Positions 12,077-25,639 of a DNA stretch of 64,000 nt are shown here, piece by piece; position 1 is the first letter of the stretch; each line of letters starts with the position of its first letter. The notes beneath the pieces are model-generated. The model saw only the letters and a list, made by a program, of their open reading frames with translations, was not told the origin of the DNA and searched no databases. Where the stretch lies: the NCBI GenBank assembly GCA_951406725.2, contig OX597820.1:54808001-54872000 (forward strand). Reading direction: 5' to 3'. The DNA is from Octopus vulgaris. Taxonomy: Eukaryota. The translations under genes and the position numbers were made by a program.

Positions 12077-13300
12077 CAGGGCCTGAGAGTCAATCTAGCA
12101 AAGACCAAAGTCTTGGTAAGTAGGAAGGCAGACAAATCACAAATTCCTTCAGGTAGACGACCCTGCTCAATCTGTAGAAAAGGCATAAGTAGAAACTCCA
12201 CTAAAATGTACTTGGTCTAAGCTATGAACACATAAGAGGTGCAACAATATCAAAGGAAGGTTAACTGGGAAGATAGTTTTTGTGTGTGGCAGATGCACAG
12301 GGGCAATAAACGCCAAAGGTGTACAGAAAACAGATTCCACCATATGTCAGGGAGAAAAAATTAGAAATAGTTGATATCTGCTGTTACCTAGGTGACCAAG
12401 TCCATAGCTGGGGTGGATGCTCTGAGAGTGTAACTGCTAGAATAAGAATAGCCTGGGCAAAGTTCAGAGAGCTCCTACCTTTGCTGGTAACAAGGAGCTT
12501 CTTGCTCAGAGTAAAAGGTAGACTGAATGATGCATGCATGCAAACAGCCATGCTACATGGCAGTGAAACATGTGCTGTGACTGCTGAGGACATGTGTAGG
12601 CTTGAAATAAATAAAGCTAGTATGCTCTGCTGGATGTGTAATGTCAGTATGCATACATGAGTGTAAGCACCCCGAGAGAAAAGTTGGACATAAGAAGCAT
12701 CAGACATGGTGTGCAAGAGAGATGACTACACTGGTATGGTCATGTGAATCATATGGATGAGGACAGATGTGTGAAGAAGTGTTACACCCTAACAGTGGGG
12801 GAACCTGTGGAAGAGTAAACCCAGGAAGACATGGGATGAGGTGCTGAAGCACGACCTTCGAACATTGGGCTTCACAGAGGCAATGACAAGTGACTGAGAC
12901 CTTTGGAGATATGTTGTGCTTGAGAAGACCCAGCAAGCCAAGTGAGATCATAGTCGCAGCTGATGCCAGTGTAGCATAACTAGCCTGTTTAAAAGTACCC
13001 TTCAATCGTCAGGCAATATGCTGTGCTTGAGAAGACCTGTTGAGTCAAGTGAATTTCATAGTTGTGGTTGATGTGCCATTCGAGCATGGGTGATGCCAGT
13101 GCCACCTGACTGGCCCCGTACTGGTGGCACATAAAAAGCACCACTACACTCTCAGAGTGGTTGGCATTAGGAAGAGCATCCAGCTGTAGAAACCCTGCCA
13201 GATCAGATTGGAGCCTGGTGCAGCCTCCTAGCTTGCCAGTCCTCAGTCAAACCGTACAACTTACGCCAGTATGGAAAGCAGACGTTAAACAATGATGATA
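12077..13300 (+). mobile_element. RTE-clade LINE, 5'-truncated, degenerate, with 3' UTR
   Basis: GLRVNLAKTKV, PCSICRKG, CYLGDQ, ARIRIAWAKFRELLPLL, MLHGSET, RLHWYGHV motifs with stops and frameshifts. Runs into the common (GAT)n tail. Confidence 0.9.
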
Positions 13301-13454
13301 TATATATATATATATTTATATAAGTAATGTCCGTAGCCACTTGAACATGGCTGTCTGTTTGAATGGACTTTACTGCAATTTTTTAACCCCAAGAGGACAT
13401 CTCATCTAGCTGGTTAATGATGTAGAGCTGTAGGGGAGTGAATATATATATTCA

Positions 13455-13644
13455 CCATGATAGATCGCTAGCCATTACACATTCTTTATTTTCTCTCCTT
13501 GTTTCTTTCTGTGTTCCTTTCTGTGGAAGAACATAGGCTTGAAACATTAAAGACTTTTTTTACTTCCTGAGCGTTATACTAATACATCTGTTTGTTGTCT
13601 ACACCACCTGTCTTCATCTTTTGTTTTTTTTGTAAATTCTCCCT

Positions 13645-13650
<6 letters not shown>
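13455..13650 (+). mobile_element. (TA)n-flanked short element with degenerate minimal hammerhead (13517-13552)
   Basis: cttt-CTGTGGA-agaacataggctt-GAAA-catt-aaag. Homologous in layout to 33375-33580 and 59850-60050 (shared downstream ttcctgagc..taatac). Confidence 0.5.
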
Positions 13651-13736
<86 letters not shown>

Positions 13737-13740
13737 TGTA

Positions 13741-13797
<57 letters not shown>

Positions 13798-14538
13798 GTG
13801 TATACTACAGGTTTTTTTTTCAGTTTCTGTTCACTAAACCACTCACAGGGTCTTAATCAGCCTGAGGCTAAAGTAGAAGACACTTGCACAAGGTGTTGCA
13901 CTGAGAGATTGAACCTGAGATCAGATGATCTTGGAGCTGACTCTCCTCTTAGTCCTTTATACTTTATACACAAGTCTATCTTCTACTGTTTGACCCGTAA
14001 CTGGATGGGTGGATGGGGGGAGTGATTGCCTCTGATGGGCACAACCACCCCAGGTCAGAGCACACCTGGGTGTAGTGTTGACTTTGTGGTAACTCTATAC
14101 TCTTGAACTAATGGACAGGAGCCTCAACACCAGATGTTGATTAATGTCTTGCTCAAGCTCTCATGCCTATAAATATTCACACACATACACATGTCAATTT
14201 ATACATGCATACGCATATACAAGCACACACACACAGACACACACACAAACATTTATTGGTTTCTTGATTTATCTATCAATTTACACATACACACACTCAC
14301 ACAAACACACACAAACATCTATAGGTTTCTTGATCTATCCATCAATTTATACACACACACACACCACATTTACTCTGCAAACATTTACATACACCGATAC
14401 ATAATCTCACCTATGTGCATAAGTGCATACAAAGAAGCAAGCATTCAAACCCACAAATATTTGCACACAACACATACATATAGAAACATGCACATAAAAA
14501 TTTATGCACCTATATACACAGACATGCACACATACATT

Positions 14539-14579
<41 letters not shown>

Positions 14580-15074
14580 ACATAACCATGCACACATACA
14601 TGCCCACACTCATAGATATCTGTTTCACTAATGAGGGATCTGCTGCTTTAATTCATTAAACATAAGCTGTGGATTATATATTTAATCAATTCACTAATTA
14701 TTTTCAAAACTTTACGCACCCACATACACATTCACACATGTGCACACACATACAGCCATGCACATATGCATGTGCGTATACATACACACACACACACATA
14801 CACACACACACACGCACACACACACACACACACACGTACACACACACACACACACACTCAAAGCTGCCAAATCTCTCTCATATCACACACACATCCTACT
14901 GTCTTACAAAAGTGACACTCTTCGATAATGTAATACTAGGTATACTATCTCCGGGAAAAGAAAGACAGGAGGTTCATAGATGGAATGCCCTTGATTATAG
15001 GCTTGCTGGATTCAGTGACCAGCCCATTGGAAATATGTAACTAATGATGCTATTGTTCATCAATTGCTATCTTT

Positions 15075-15850
15075 TATCTTTTACTTGTTTCAGTCACAGG
15101 ACAGAGGTCAAGCTGTGGCACTGTCTTGAAGGGTTAACTCAAGCAAATTCACCCCAGTATTTATTTTCTAAGACTGGTACTTATTCTATTGGTCTCTTTT
15201 GCTAAGTTGCAAAGTTAGCTTGCTTCCCAACCACATGGTTGTGGGTTCAGTCCCACTGCATGGCACCTTGGGCAAGTGTCTCCTACTATAGCCTCAGGCT
15301 GGCCAGAGCCTTGTGAGTGGATTTGGTAAATGGAAACTGAAAAAAAGCCTGTCATGTATATATATATATATGTATGTATATATCTATGTGTGTGTTTGTG
15401 TTTGTCCCCTCATCACCACTTGACAACCAATGTCGGTGTGTTTACATTCCTGTAACTTAGCGGTTTGTCAAAAAGAGATGAATAGAATAAGTATTGGGCT
15501 TTAAAAAAGTCCTGGGGTCAATTTGTTTGACTAAAACTCCTCAAGGCAGCACTCCAGCATAGCCACAGTCAAATGACTGAAACAAATCAAAAAATAAAAA
15601 CCAACAATTGTCCAGCAGCGGGGTGGGGCACATAAATACGAAGACACACCTATCTGCACATGTGTACACACACACACACACACACACACATGTATATGAA
15701 AGGCTTCAACAGGTGCCATCTCTCAAATTCAGTCACAAAGTAGTGGTCAGCCTTGAATTATAGTAGAAGACATTTGCTCAAGGTGCCATGAAGTAGGACT
15801 GAACCTGAAACCACATGGTTGCAAATCAAACTTCTTAACCACACAACCAA
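15075..15850. mobile_element. Nested family A SINEs (plus copy 15218-15600 inside a minus copy)
   Basis: Minus-strand tail at 15075-15218, plus copy, then minus-strand head at 15710-15850. Confidence 0.7.
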
Positions 15851-15959
15851 TAAATATAAATAAATGAATAAGAATATATAAAATATCATACTTCACTCCT
15901 TCCTCTAATCAAAGAATAATAAGGTATGCTATTACATAAGATTCAGTAAGAGATATATT

Positions 15960-16810
15960 TGTTTCTAGTTTTGACACAAAGCCAGCAATTTTGAAGGGAG
16001 GGGACAAATTAATTACATTACTCAACTGGTACTTATTTTATTGACCCCGAAAGGATGAAAAATAAAGTCAACCTTGATAGAATTTGAACGCAGAGTATAA
16101 AGAGCTAGAAGAAATACAGCTAAGCATTTTGTCAGGTCTATAATGATTCTGCCAGCATACCAGCTTTTTTTTTAATATTCCTAATTTAGAAGGTGGTAAG
16201 CTGGCAGAATCATTAGCACTCTGGGTGAAATACTTAGTGATATTTCATCTGCTGCTACATTCTGAGTTCAAATTCTGCCGAGGTCAACTTTGCCTTTTAT
16301 CCTTTTGGAGTCGATAAATTAAGTACCAGTGAAACATTGGGGTCAATGTAATCGACTAGTTCCTGCCCCCAAATTTCAGGCTTTGTGCCAATAATAGAAA
16401 TTATTATAAAGTTGGTGAGTTGGCAGAAACATTAAGCATGCTGGATGAAATACTTCGCGGTATTTCATCTGTCTTTATGTTCTGAATTCAAATTCCGCCG
16501 AGGTTGACTTTGTCTTTCATCCTTTTGCTGTCAATAAATTAAGTACCAGTTGCCTATTGCAGTCGCTCTAATTGACTAAAATATCAGGCCTTGTGCCTAG
16601 ATTAGAAAAGAATATTCCTATTTTAGGCACAAGGCTTACAGTTTTGAGGAAAAGGATTTGTCAATACCATTGATTCCAGTTCTTGGCTGGAACTATATTT
16701 TATCGACTCTGAAAGCAAAATTGACTCTGATGAAACCTGAATTCAGATTGTAAAAGGCTGAAACAAATAATGCAAGGCATTTTCTCCAATACTCTAATGG
16801 TTCACCATGC
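15960..16810. mobile_element. Cluster of four family B (Nin/Deu-domain-like) SINEs
   Basis: Repeated ggcagaatc..ttctgagttcaaattc..gaggtc.actttgcctttcatccttt..gtcgataaattaagtacca. Core resembles the Nin/Deu SINE domain. Other copies at 18985-19183, 20325-20528, 22175-22385, 25036-25253. Confidence 0.8.
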
Positions 16811-18747
16811 AAGTAAAATATGAAATACTGAAATCTAATATCTTTGAACAAGAGACAAGCTCCTTGATAATCTGATAATGTAACATAGTTTCCATCCTGG
16901 AGGAAGTTGCTTCACTTCATTTATGATATTAATGCTGTTGTGAAAATAATAAAGACCACATTTTCCTATTTCCTCTTTTCTTGTAATACAAATATATAGT
17001 TGAGGGAAAATATCTTTCTTTCTTAAGATTTTCCAGGGATTGCTTACCTCTGAATTTCAAAATGCTGAAAGAAAAAGTTAAACCACTCAATAAAAATGTA
17101 AGCTAGACTGTAAATAATGTAGTTCATTTAGATAATGGTAAATGGTTGAGGGTCCCACATTATTAACTAATGATAATGAGGAAAACTTTTTGGAGTGCAG
17201 CCTGTCTGATGATGAGCCATGTCTCATGTGGCCTGCTTTTCAAAAAGGGTTGTTCATATGTAATCTGTGTGGGCACTCAACCTGCTAGAAATAGCAGCTA
17301 AAATTTCTTTTAATTTCACTACACCTTAATTAGAAAAGACTTATATGTATTCTAGATACAAAATGTGTAAAGTAAAAAATTAAAGCTGAGATATTCATAC
17401 CTTCAGTCATAGATCTGCTCAACCAGGGCTGACACCAAACACTGTTATACTTAGCTGAAGAAAGATCAAATAATTACATAAAGCACAGTTTGTCATGAAA
17501 AATTAAGGTGTTGTAATGATTATGTGGTAATAATTTATAAAATCTCAAACTACTGAGAGAACCTCTGTGTCACTTTCATTGTTGTATTTATAAATTCAAC
17601 TGTAAATGTGTAAGTTGTATGCTTCATGATTTTAATTGCTACATTAGCCACATGAACACCAAACATTTTTGAAAGCTCACCATGCTTTCACAAGAAGTTG
17701 TAAAAATAAATCTAAGTAGAAAAATATTAATAGGTACAGATGTGGCTGTATGGTTGAGAAATTTGCTTCCAACCACATGGTTTCAGGTTCAGTCCCACTA
17801 TGTGGCACCTTGGGCACATGTCTTCTACTATAACCCTGGGCTCTTCAAAAAGTCTTGGAAGTGGATTTGGTGAACAGAAACCGAAAGAAGCCTATCATGT
17901 GTGTGTGTGTGTTCTTATTGTGGAATTGTGATAAATAAATGTCATTCATTTTCAATATTCTGTGAAAAATGTCTAACCATGGGAAATTAGTACATTGCTT
18001 GGAAATGGGTATGGGTTGGCAACAGGATGGGCATCTGGCTGTTGAAAATCCACTCCAATAAATTCTATCTGACTGATGTAAGTGTGAGAAAGCAGGCATT
18101 GAAATAATGCAATGATCATTATACACCCATACTATACAGACTGCCCTACAAAAATAGTTGATGGAAGTGATATTCATATCACAACATAAATCTAGAACAC
18201 ATGATAACATACACTTGTCACAGAGAAGGCAAGCATATGATTGAAGACATGTAAATGATGGTCAAGATACATGTTTCATGATGCTGAACTCTAACAATCA
18301 AATGCTGGTGGTAAACTCTGCAGTAAAGGAGTCAACACAACTTCACATCCTGATGATGATGCTGAGATTGTCCTGAAATGTCAATAAAAATGAAATTAAA
18401 ATGTATTGTCCCAAATAAACTGCAAGGGTCTTATAAGGAGATATGCAAAAGCTCTTATAAAAAGAGGATTAAATCGGAAGACAGTTGTGCTTTTAAAACA
18501 TGATGTCTAAAAGGGAAGTCTTTTCTCATAGATACAAATTTGTTTGTTTCATTTTACATCCATTTCTCCATGCTAGCATGGTTTAGATGAATGTGTTATG
18601 AAGATAGTTTTGCAGCTGACACTAGCCATTACCTGTTTTTCAAGTAAGGGATCTCACATTTCACTCATCTTCAATTTGTTTGTAGGAAAAATAGCAATGG
18701 CACTGCTTGTAACTTACAATTTTTGGAGCAACACCATTTTAAACATA

Positions 18748-18786
<39 letters not shown>

Positions 18787-19262
18787 ATGCCTGAAGTAAT
18801 GAAGCATGCATAAGTACTAATGTGACATGCACACCTGGTACATGAGTGTAACTTTATCCACACACACTCACACATGTATGTGCACACAATAAACACATAC
18901 ACACACATGCACTGATACATATATGCACACACCAACCAATCCTCATATACATAAACCCCCAAAATTACGTTCATTTAGACAAAAGAACGTTAGCATGCCG
19001 GGCGAAATGCTTTGCAGTATTTTGTCTGTCTTTATGTTCTGAGTTCAAATTCCACCGGGGTCGACTTTGCCTTTTGTCCTTTCGAGATCAATAAATTAAG
19101 TACCAGTTGCGTACTGGGATTAATCTAATTGACTGGCCCCCTCCCGCAAATTTTGGGCCTTGTGCCTTAGAGTAGAAAAGAATTTAGACAAAAGAACCTT
19201 GCCACTGTGCTATTGACATGCTTAAAATCTACAAAGGAAAAAATTTAACTCACAAATATCTG

Positions 19263-19357
<95 letters not shown>

Positions 19358-20549
19358 TATATATGTTTGACTGACTGTGTGCATGTATATATATATATAC
19401 ATGCACACTGTCAAACATACAAGAGCACAGGCATACATATATAAGTACAGATACATACATGAATAGAAACATACACATGCACACATACATACGCCATGCT
19501 GCTTGCATAAAAAAATAAAATATCAGAAAAACCTTAACATCCCTAGTAAAAAAAAAAACCCGCATTTATGCTGTATGTGATTACAGCTGATGCATATCTT
19601 TATAAGAAAGTTTATGCATTGAAGTAGGACAAGAAATGTAAGGATATATATTCCTAATGTGTGTGTGTGCGTGTGTGTGTGTGTGTGTGTACTGACATAT
19701 GTTGCCAAAAAAAAGTGTGAAGTCACAAGTATCAATTTATTGTCACTACAACCATCCGTATTTTACATTTCGTTTTCACATCACCTCATTATCAAATAAA
19801 TATTCAAAATGTCTGTTAGTGCTGATATAAGACTGAAATCACGTATGTTGTAAAATTGTCACAAAATGTAAGTAAAATAAAATATTTTAGAATTTTTTTC
19901 TTCATATTTTTGTAGAAAAGCTATTCTCTCTTCTCTGTTATGTTTGCAGGGGGGAAAATAACAAACAAAAAATAATATCAAGTTTAGTTTACTAAGTAAA
20001 AACAAAGCCCAAAATTTTTAGGTGACATAGAATTATAAAACAAACACAACTCAGAGAAATTATTTAAAAAAAAATTTTTTGTAGTTTAATTTTCATTGTT
20101 TTCCTACATGACTGAGTATAGATTTGTGTTATCTTGGATACATGCAGCAGTCTGCTTTGTATTTTGAAATTTCTGTTGTACTGCAAGACCTCTATGTACT
20201 ATGTGTCCTGTGTCTAAAGTGCTGTTTTATGTATCATGTGTGGGCAAGGCCATCTTTTGGGTGCTGATGGGTACTGATGCTGCACCAAAAAAGTGGACAC
20301 CCCACTCACATTGAAATATAATTCATTCTACTATAGGTGCAAGGCCTGAAATCTGAAAGAAGGGAGTTGAGTTGATTATATCCACCCCAGTGCTTAACTG
20401 GTACTTATTTTATCAACCCTGCAAAGATGAAAGGCAAAGTAGACCTTGGCAGAATTTGAACTTAAAACATAAAGCTAGGAGAAATGCTGTTAAGCACTGT
20501 GCTAATGATTCTGCCACCTCACTGCCCTCTTGCATTGAAATATAATGAA

Positions 20550-20760
20550 ATTATATTAGTCGTGGATCCATTGTCCTCCTGGATCCTGGTACTGCAACAC
20601 CCATATCATCTGCCTTAGGATAACTTTGTGTGTGTGTCAATACAAAGGTTTTAGCAATGTATTTGTATCTTTTCCTCAGTTTTGCCAAGGTACCTATTGT
20701 TATAGGGATTGGTTGTGTTTTCAATCTCCATATTATGATTATCTCAGTTTTCATGTCTTA
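20550..20760 (-). mobile_element. R4/Dong-like (RLE) non-LTR retrotransposon 3' fragment
   Basis: KTEIIIIWRLKTQPIPITIGTL resembles the 'E..W.LK..IPI.IG.LG' C-terminus of RLE-type ORFs. Confidence 0.5.
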
Positions 20761-20936
20761 ATATTCGGAAAGTTTCTCTATAGAATTTTAAAAAAAATAA
20801 TGAAACAAAATACAAAGTTAGTGAAATCACACCATAAAAGAGAGAAATAGATCTCATCATTATAACAAAAAAATTATTTTACACTTTATGACAAGCTGTG
20901 TTCATTCAATAACACACATAATTTTTCCCCATAGGA

Positions 20937-21129
20937 TAGGTGCAGGTGTGGCTGTGTGGTAGAAATGCTTCCCAACCATATGGTTCTAGGTTCAGTCCCA
21001 CTATGTGGCACCTTGGGCATGTGTCTTCTACTATAGCCTTGGGTTGACCAAAGCCTTATGAGTGAATTTGGTAGATGGAAACTGAAAGCTTGTCACATAT
21101 ATATTGCATATATATATGTGTGTGTGTGT

Positions 21130-21176
<47 letters not shown>

Positions 21177-21182
21177 TGTATG

Positions 21183-21215
<33 letters not shown>

Positions 21216-21432
21216 CAGTGTTTGTCTCTCCTCCCCCCACCATTACTTGACAACCAATGCTGGTGTGTTTATGTTCCTGTAACTTAGCGGTTCGGCAAAA
21301 GAGACCGATAGAATAAGTACTGGGCTTACAAAGAATAAGTCCCGGGGTCGATTTGCTCGACTAAAGGCGGTGCCCCAGCATGGCCGCAGTCAAATGACTG
21401 AAACAAGTAAAAGAGTAAAGAGAAAAGAGAGA
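20937..21432 (+). mobile_element. Family A SINE, well-preserved 3' half
   Basis: CpGs intact in tail (gcggttcggcaaaagagaccgatag..ggggtcgatttgctcgactaaaggcggtg). Confidence 0.9.
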
Positions 21433-21475
21433 GTATATATATATATATATATATATGTATGTTGTATGTATATAT

Positions 21476-21913
21476 ATTTCTAATTTGGTATTACTGTTTT
21501 GAAATTTGCTTGGTGGTCTTTGATGATAAAAATTTGGTTGAACTAACTTAATCTCCCTTTCCTGAATGTCTTACCATGTCCCAATTTATGGTCATTTTGT
21601 CATTCTCTGAGACCTTTTAGAATAAGATAGAATAAGTCATGGGGTCGATTTGTTCAACTAAAATGCTTTAAGGTGGTGCTTGCTCCAGCACAGCAGCAGT
21701 CAAATGACTGAAACAAGTAAAAGAATAAAAGAAAAAAGTATAACATACTAACTTTGTACTTCTGTTTTAATTTCTAATTTGGTATTACTGTTTTGAAATT
21801 TGCTTGGTGGTCTTTGATGATAAAAATTTGGTTGAACTAACTTAATCTCCCTTTCCTGAATGTCTTACCATGTCCCAATTTATGGTCATTTTGTCATTCT
21901 CTGAGACCTTTTA
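21476..21913 (+). repeat. Perfect 144-bp direct repeat (21476-21619 and 21770-21913) around a SINE tail
   Basis: atttctaatttggtattactg..ctctgagacctttta occurs twice, identical by eye. Confidence 0.9.
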
Positions 21914-21921
21914 TGGTTGTA

Positions 21922-22112
21922 CTATATTATTATTCCTTGTAGAATTTATGTGGGCAGCAGGTTACTAACTCCAACCTTAGGTATCCACAACCTTTCAATA
22001 GTCTTTCAAGTGCTTAGAACCCTCCTGGTAATCTTTCCTGTCACTAAGAGGCAAACTTTCTGCAGATGCTCTACAGGACATTCTAGTCCAATCTCCGTCA
22101 ACTATTTGTCCT
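21922..22112 (-). mobile_element. R4/Dong-like LINE extreme 3' end with (TAA)n tail
   Basis: Minus translation EIGLECPVEHLQKVCLLVTGKITRRVLST* resembles the 'LQK..LLGTARI.R.VL' terminus. Confidence 0.6.
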
Positions 22113-23254
22113 ACTTCTTTTTCTTCTTCTTCTTCTGATGATGATGATCATCATCATGATGGTGGTGGTGGTGGTGGCTGTGAGCTGGCAGAATCGTTAA
22201 CATGCTGGGCAAAATGCTAAGTGGCATTTCATCTGTCTTAACATTCTGAGTTCAAATTCTGCCGCGATTGACTTTGCCTTTCATCCTTTCAGGGTTGATA
22301 AAATAAGTAGCAGTCCAGTACTGGAGTCTATGTAATCAACTATCCCCTTCCCCAAATTTCAGGCCTTGTGCCTATAATAGAAAGGGTCGTCGTCGTCGTC
22401 GTCATCGTCGTCTTCGTTATTATTATTATTATTATTATTATTAAGCTGACAGAGTCATTAGCACATCAGTTAAAATGTGTTAGTGTTTCTTCTGGCTTTT
22501 TATGTTTCATCCTGCCAATATCAACTTCCCCTTTCATCCTTTCAGGTTTATTGCAATTGACTTGCCGCCTTCCCTCAAAATTGCTGGCCTTGTGCCAAAG
22601 TTAGTAAGAATTAACAGTATTATTAACTTTATAATGTAGTATCACAGAAACTATGCAGCATTGCACTAGCTAGTTTCATTATAATTTATTATTTAATTTC
22701 TTGGCCCCAAAATTAACCTGCCCTGTTAGTGCAGCAGCTACATGTTTTTTTTTGCATTGATGCAACTGATATGCCATTCCAATCAACTCATTATTCTGTT
22801 TGATGTTGGAGGCCTACCAGTGTTAGCTGGGCATCAAAGGCTCTGTTTCTTGCCACAATGCAGTCTGTGATAGAAGGCAGAATTTGAACTCAGAATAAAG
22901 ATTTAGATCACAAAAACTGCAAGGCATCTCATTTAGCACTCTAACAATCCTGCTGACCCCATACTCTGGATTGTTACTTTATTTGTTAGTCCCAAAAAGA
23001 TATAAGGTGAAGTTGCCCTTGGTAAGATTTGAACTCAGTACACAGTGATCTTGAACAAGTACCAGAAAGTATTCTTTTAATTCAATGTCATACAATTTCA
23101 TTATATTTAAATTAATCATTTCACAATTTTGCTGTCTTGTATTTATATCAAAATGTTTTATTAGTAGAAGAACATAAGGTGCTGGGCAAAATGCTAGCAA
23201 TATTTATCCTGGCTTTGTGCTTTGAGTTCAAATTCTACTAAATTCAAAAATCTT

Positions 23255-24050
23255 GGTATTTCTAGGATTTTGTATAAATTTGTAAGTACATAGCCTAATG
23301 CACCTATAGTAATAGGTACAATTAAGAATTTAAAGTCAGGGTCCAAGAGCTGTAAGTTCTGCATTAATTCAACATGTTATCTTTTTCCTGGACTCTTGAT
23401 GGTACAATCACATCCACTAGGACGCTAACCACTACTACAGCACATGATTTTTGCTCTCTGTTCCACAAAACATTCCACCAATATTCCTTGCTTTTAGAGG
23501 TGTGAATACATACTAGTTCTCACATAACTTTGATGTATACATCAGGGCAAATCTTTCCTGTGAATAGCCTTGTAAATAGTCTTTGCAATTATATCATGCC
23601 TCAGGGGCAGGTAGTACCTCATGGACATTATGGGACAGCTGATGATGATGGGGGTGATATCTTCCACACTGGCATAACAGAACCGAAATTTTTTATCACG
23701 ACACGGAGGTTTAGTGGTATCTTTGTCTCTCTCATTTGTCAGGTATTTAGTAGCTGTCTCCTGATCCAGGATAGGTGGGATATAATGTATTTATCACAGG
23801 TCCAGGAGAGGCTATTCTTCCAATCAATAGTTGTTATCCTCTAGCTTATGGGATATGTACTCATGCGTTGCTTTTTGCTAGTATGATGCCAAGTTCTTCT
23901 CCAAACTTCTGTTTTGGTGGGGCAGTCCAGCCTCCTATGGCTTGCAAATGTATGTATAGTACATCCCCACCACACACACATTCATCTATGAGATGTGTCT
24001 TTGTTATTTTTAAAATATGTCACTTAAATCCTGAAGGTTCTAGATAGTAA
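23255..24050 (-). mobile_element. Degenerate R4/Dong-like RLE non-LTR retrotransposon
   Basis: Minus translation gives FCYASVEDITPIIISCPIMSMRYYLPLRHDIIAKTIY (decayed zinc knuckle + RHD) and FLIVPITIGALG. Confidence 0.7.
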
Positions 24051-24925
24051 CCATTGAATTCTTGACCCAACCAAATAAATTGTTTAATCCTAATATACAT
24101 ATACATTTGGAAATAGCAGTAATATTTGAATTTACCTGCCCACCTCATCCTGTCCTCACTAACACTGCAACTTTAACTTCTTCCCTTTTTCTTTCTTTCT
24201 CACAATTGCCCCAGATTCTAAATTATGCAGTGATGAAACTTAAGAAGTCTGAGAAAAAAAAAATAACAAAAAAAAAATTTAAGCAAAATATATAACATAA
24301 GGGTGGGAGCAAGTCTCTTCCTTTAAGAATTCTAGGTCAATGTTCTTTGTGAATATTAGTTTTCAAATATTTATTTTGTACCCATCCTTGTTACACGTGT
24401 TACCTTAATGCTTTGTGATTGATAAATAAATGTCTGGACTGAAGAGTAATGATTAATTAACTTAGAGTAAAGAATCAAAAATAAGGCAAGTTAAGGTAGA
24501 TATTGAGAAATTATGTAATCCAAAAGCAAAAATGTTTTGTTGCCTAACAATTTTGCCTTAGAATTCAACAGGATATAGGCTTGAGTTAAATAACATTTCA
24601 TATCCTGCCATCTTTTACTTATTTATACATATTACCATGAAAACCATTTCTTTTAGCCGGTATTTAGCACTCATGTGCACAGGCACACATATACTTTTAA
24701 ACATGTATGCACTTGTATGCACACATCCACACCATACACACATAAATTCAGATTTACAGAAATAGATTTAGTACCTTACTGCAAACACCACCACCACCAC
24801 CACCACCACCACCACTAACACTAACATAAGTGATTAATGAGTTTCTTGTATAAGCTATGAAGGTATGGAATAGAATCATGAGTGAAGCTTGCCAAAGCTG
24901 AAATATTCAACGATGAAGACAAGTT

Positions 24926-24959
<34 letters not shown>

Positions 24960-25260
24960 CATGAACATATAAATACACTTTCTCTCTCTCTCATACACAC
25001 ACACACACACACATGCAAATACATATATATATATTTCTTTATTGCCCACAGGGGGCTAAACATAGAGGGGACAAACAAAGGGTTTAAGTCGATTACACTG
25101 ACTCCAGTGCATAACTGGTACTTATTTAATCAACCCCGAAAAGATGAAAGGCAAAGTTGACCTCGGCGGAGTTTGAACTCCGAACATAACAGCAGACGAA
25201 ATACTGCTAAGCATTTCGCCTGGTGTGCTAACGATTCTGCCAGCTCGCTGCCCTATATAT

Positions 25261-25304
<44 letters not shown>

Positions 25305-25639
25305 ATCATTATCATCATCATCCTCATTATGTTAACATACATCTTTCCATGCTTGAGACAGATTTTCCATGGTTGGATGCCCTTCATGTTACCAAACCTT
25401 GCTTGTTTCCAAGCAAGATAATCAATATTTCCCCATTGAAACTTGTTCAAAAACTAATAATAATTCTCTCTAATTTTGGCACATGGCCAGCAATTTCAAG
25501 GGGAAGGGGAAAGTCATTTACATTAGCCCCAGCACTTAATTAATACTTTATTTTATTGACTGTGAAAGGATAAAAAGCAAAGTTGACCTCTGCAGGATTT
25601 GAGCTCAGGGTGTAATAAGTTTGAATACAATGATTAATA

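Noticed and set aside
13322-13440. TA-flanked segment with ctagatga and an atgtcc/ggacat stem on minus
   Set aside because: Core has an insertion and no GAAA follows the stem; insufficient to call a ribozyme.
13592-15040. Several 60-146-aa ORFs rich in YI/HT/CV
   Set aside because: Microsatellite translations with no coding signal. The same applies to most short ORFs in the track.
17200-17250. CTGATGA followed by a small hairpin (hammerhead candidate)
   Set aside because: No GAAA or stem III after the hairpin.
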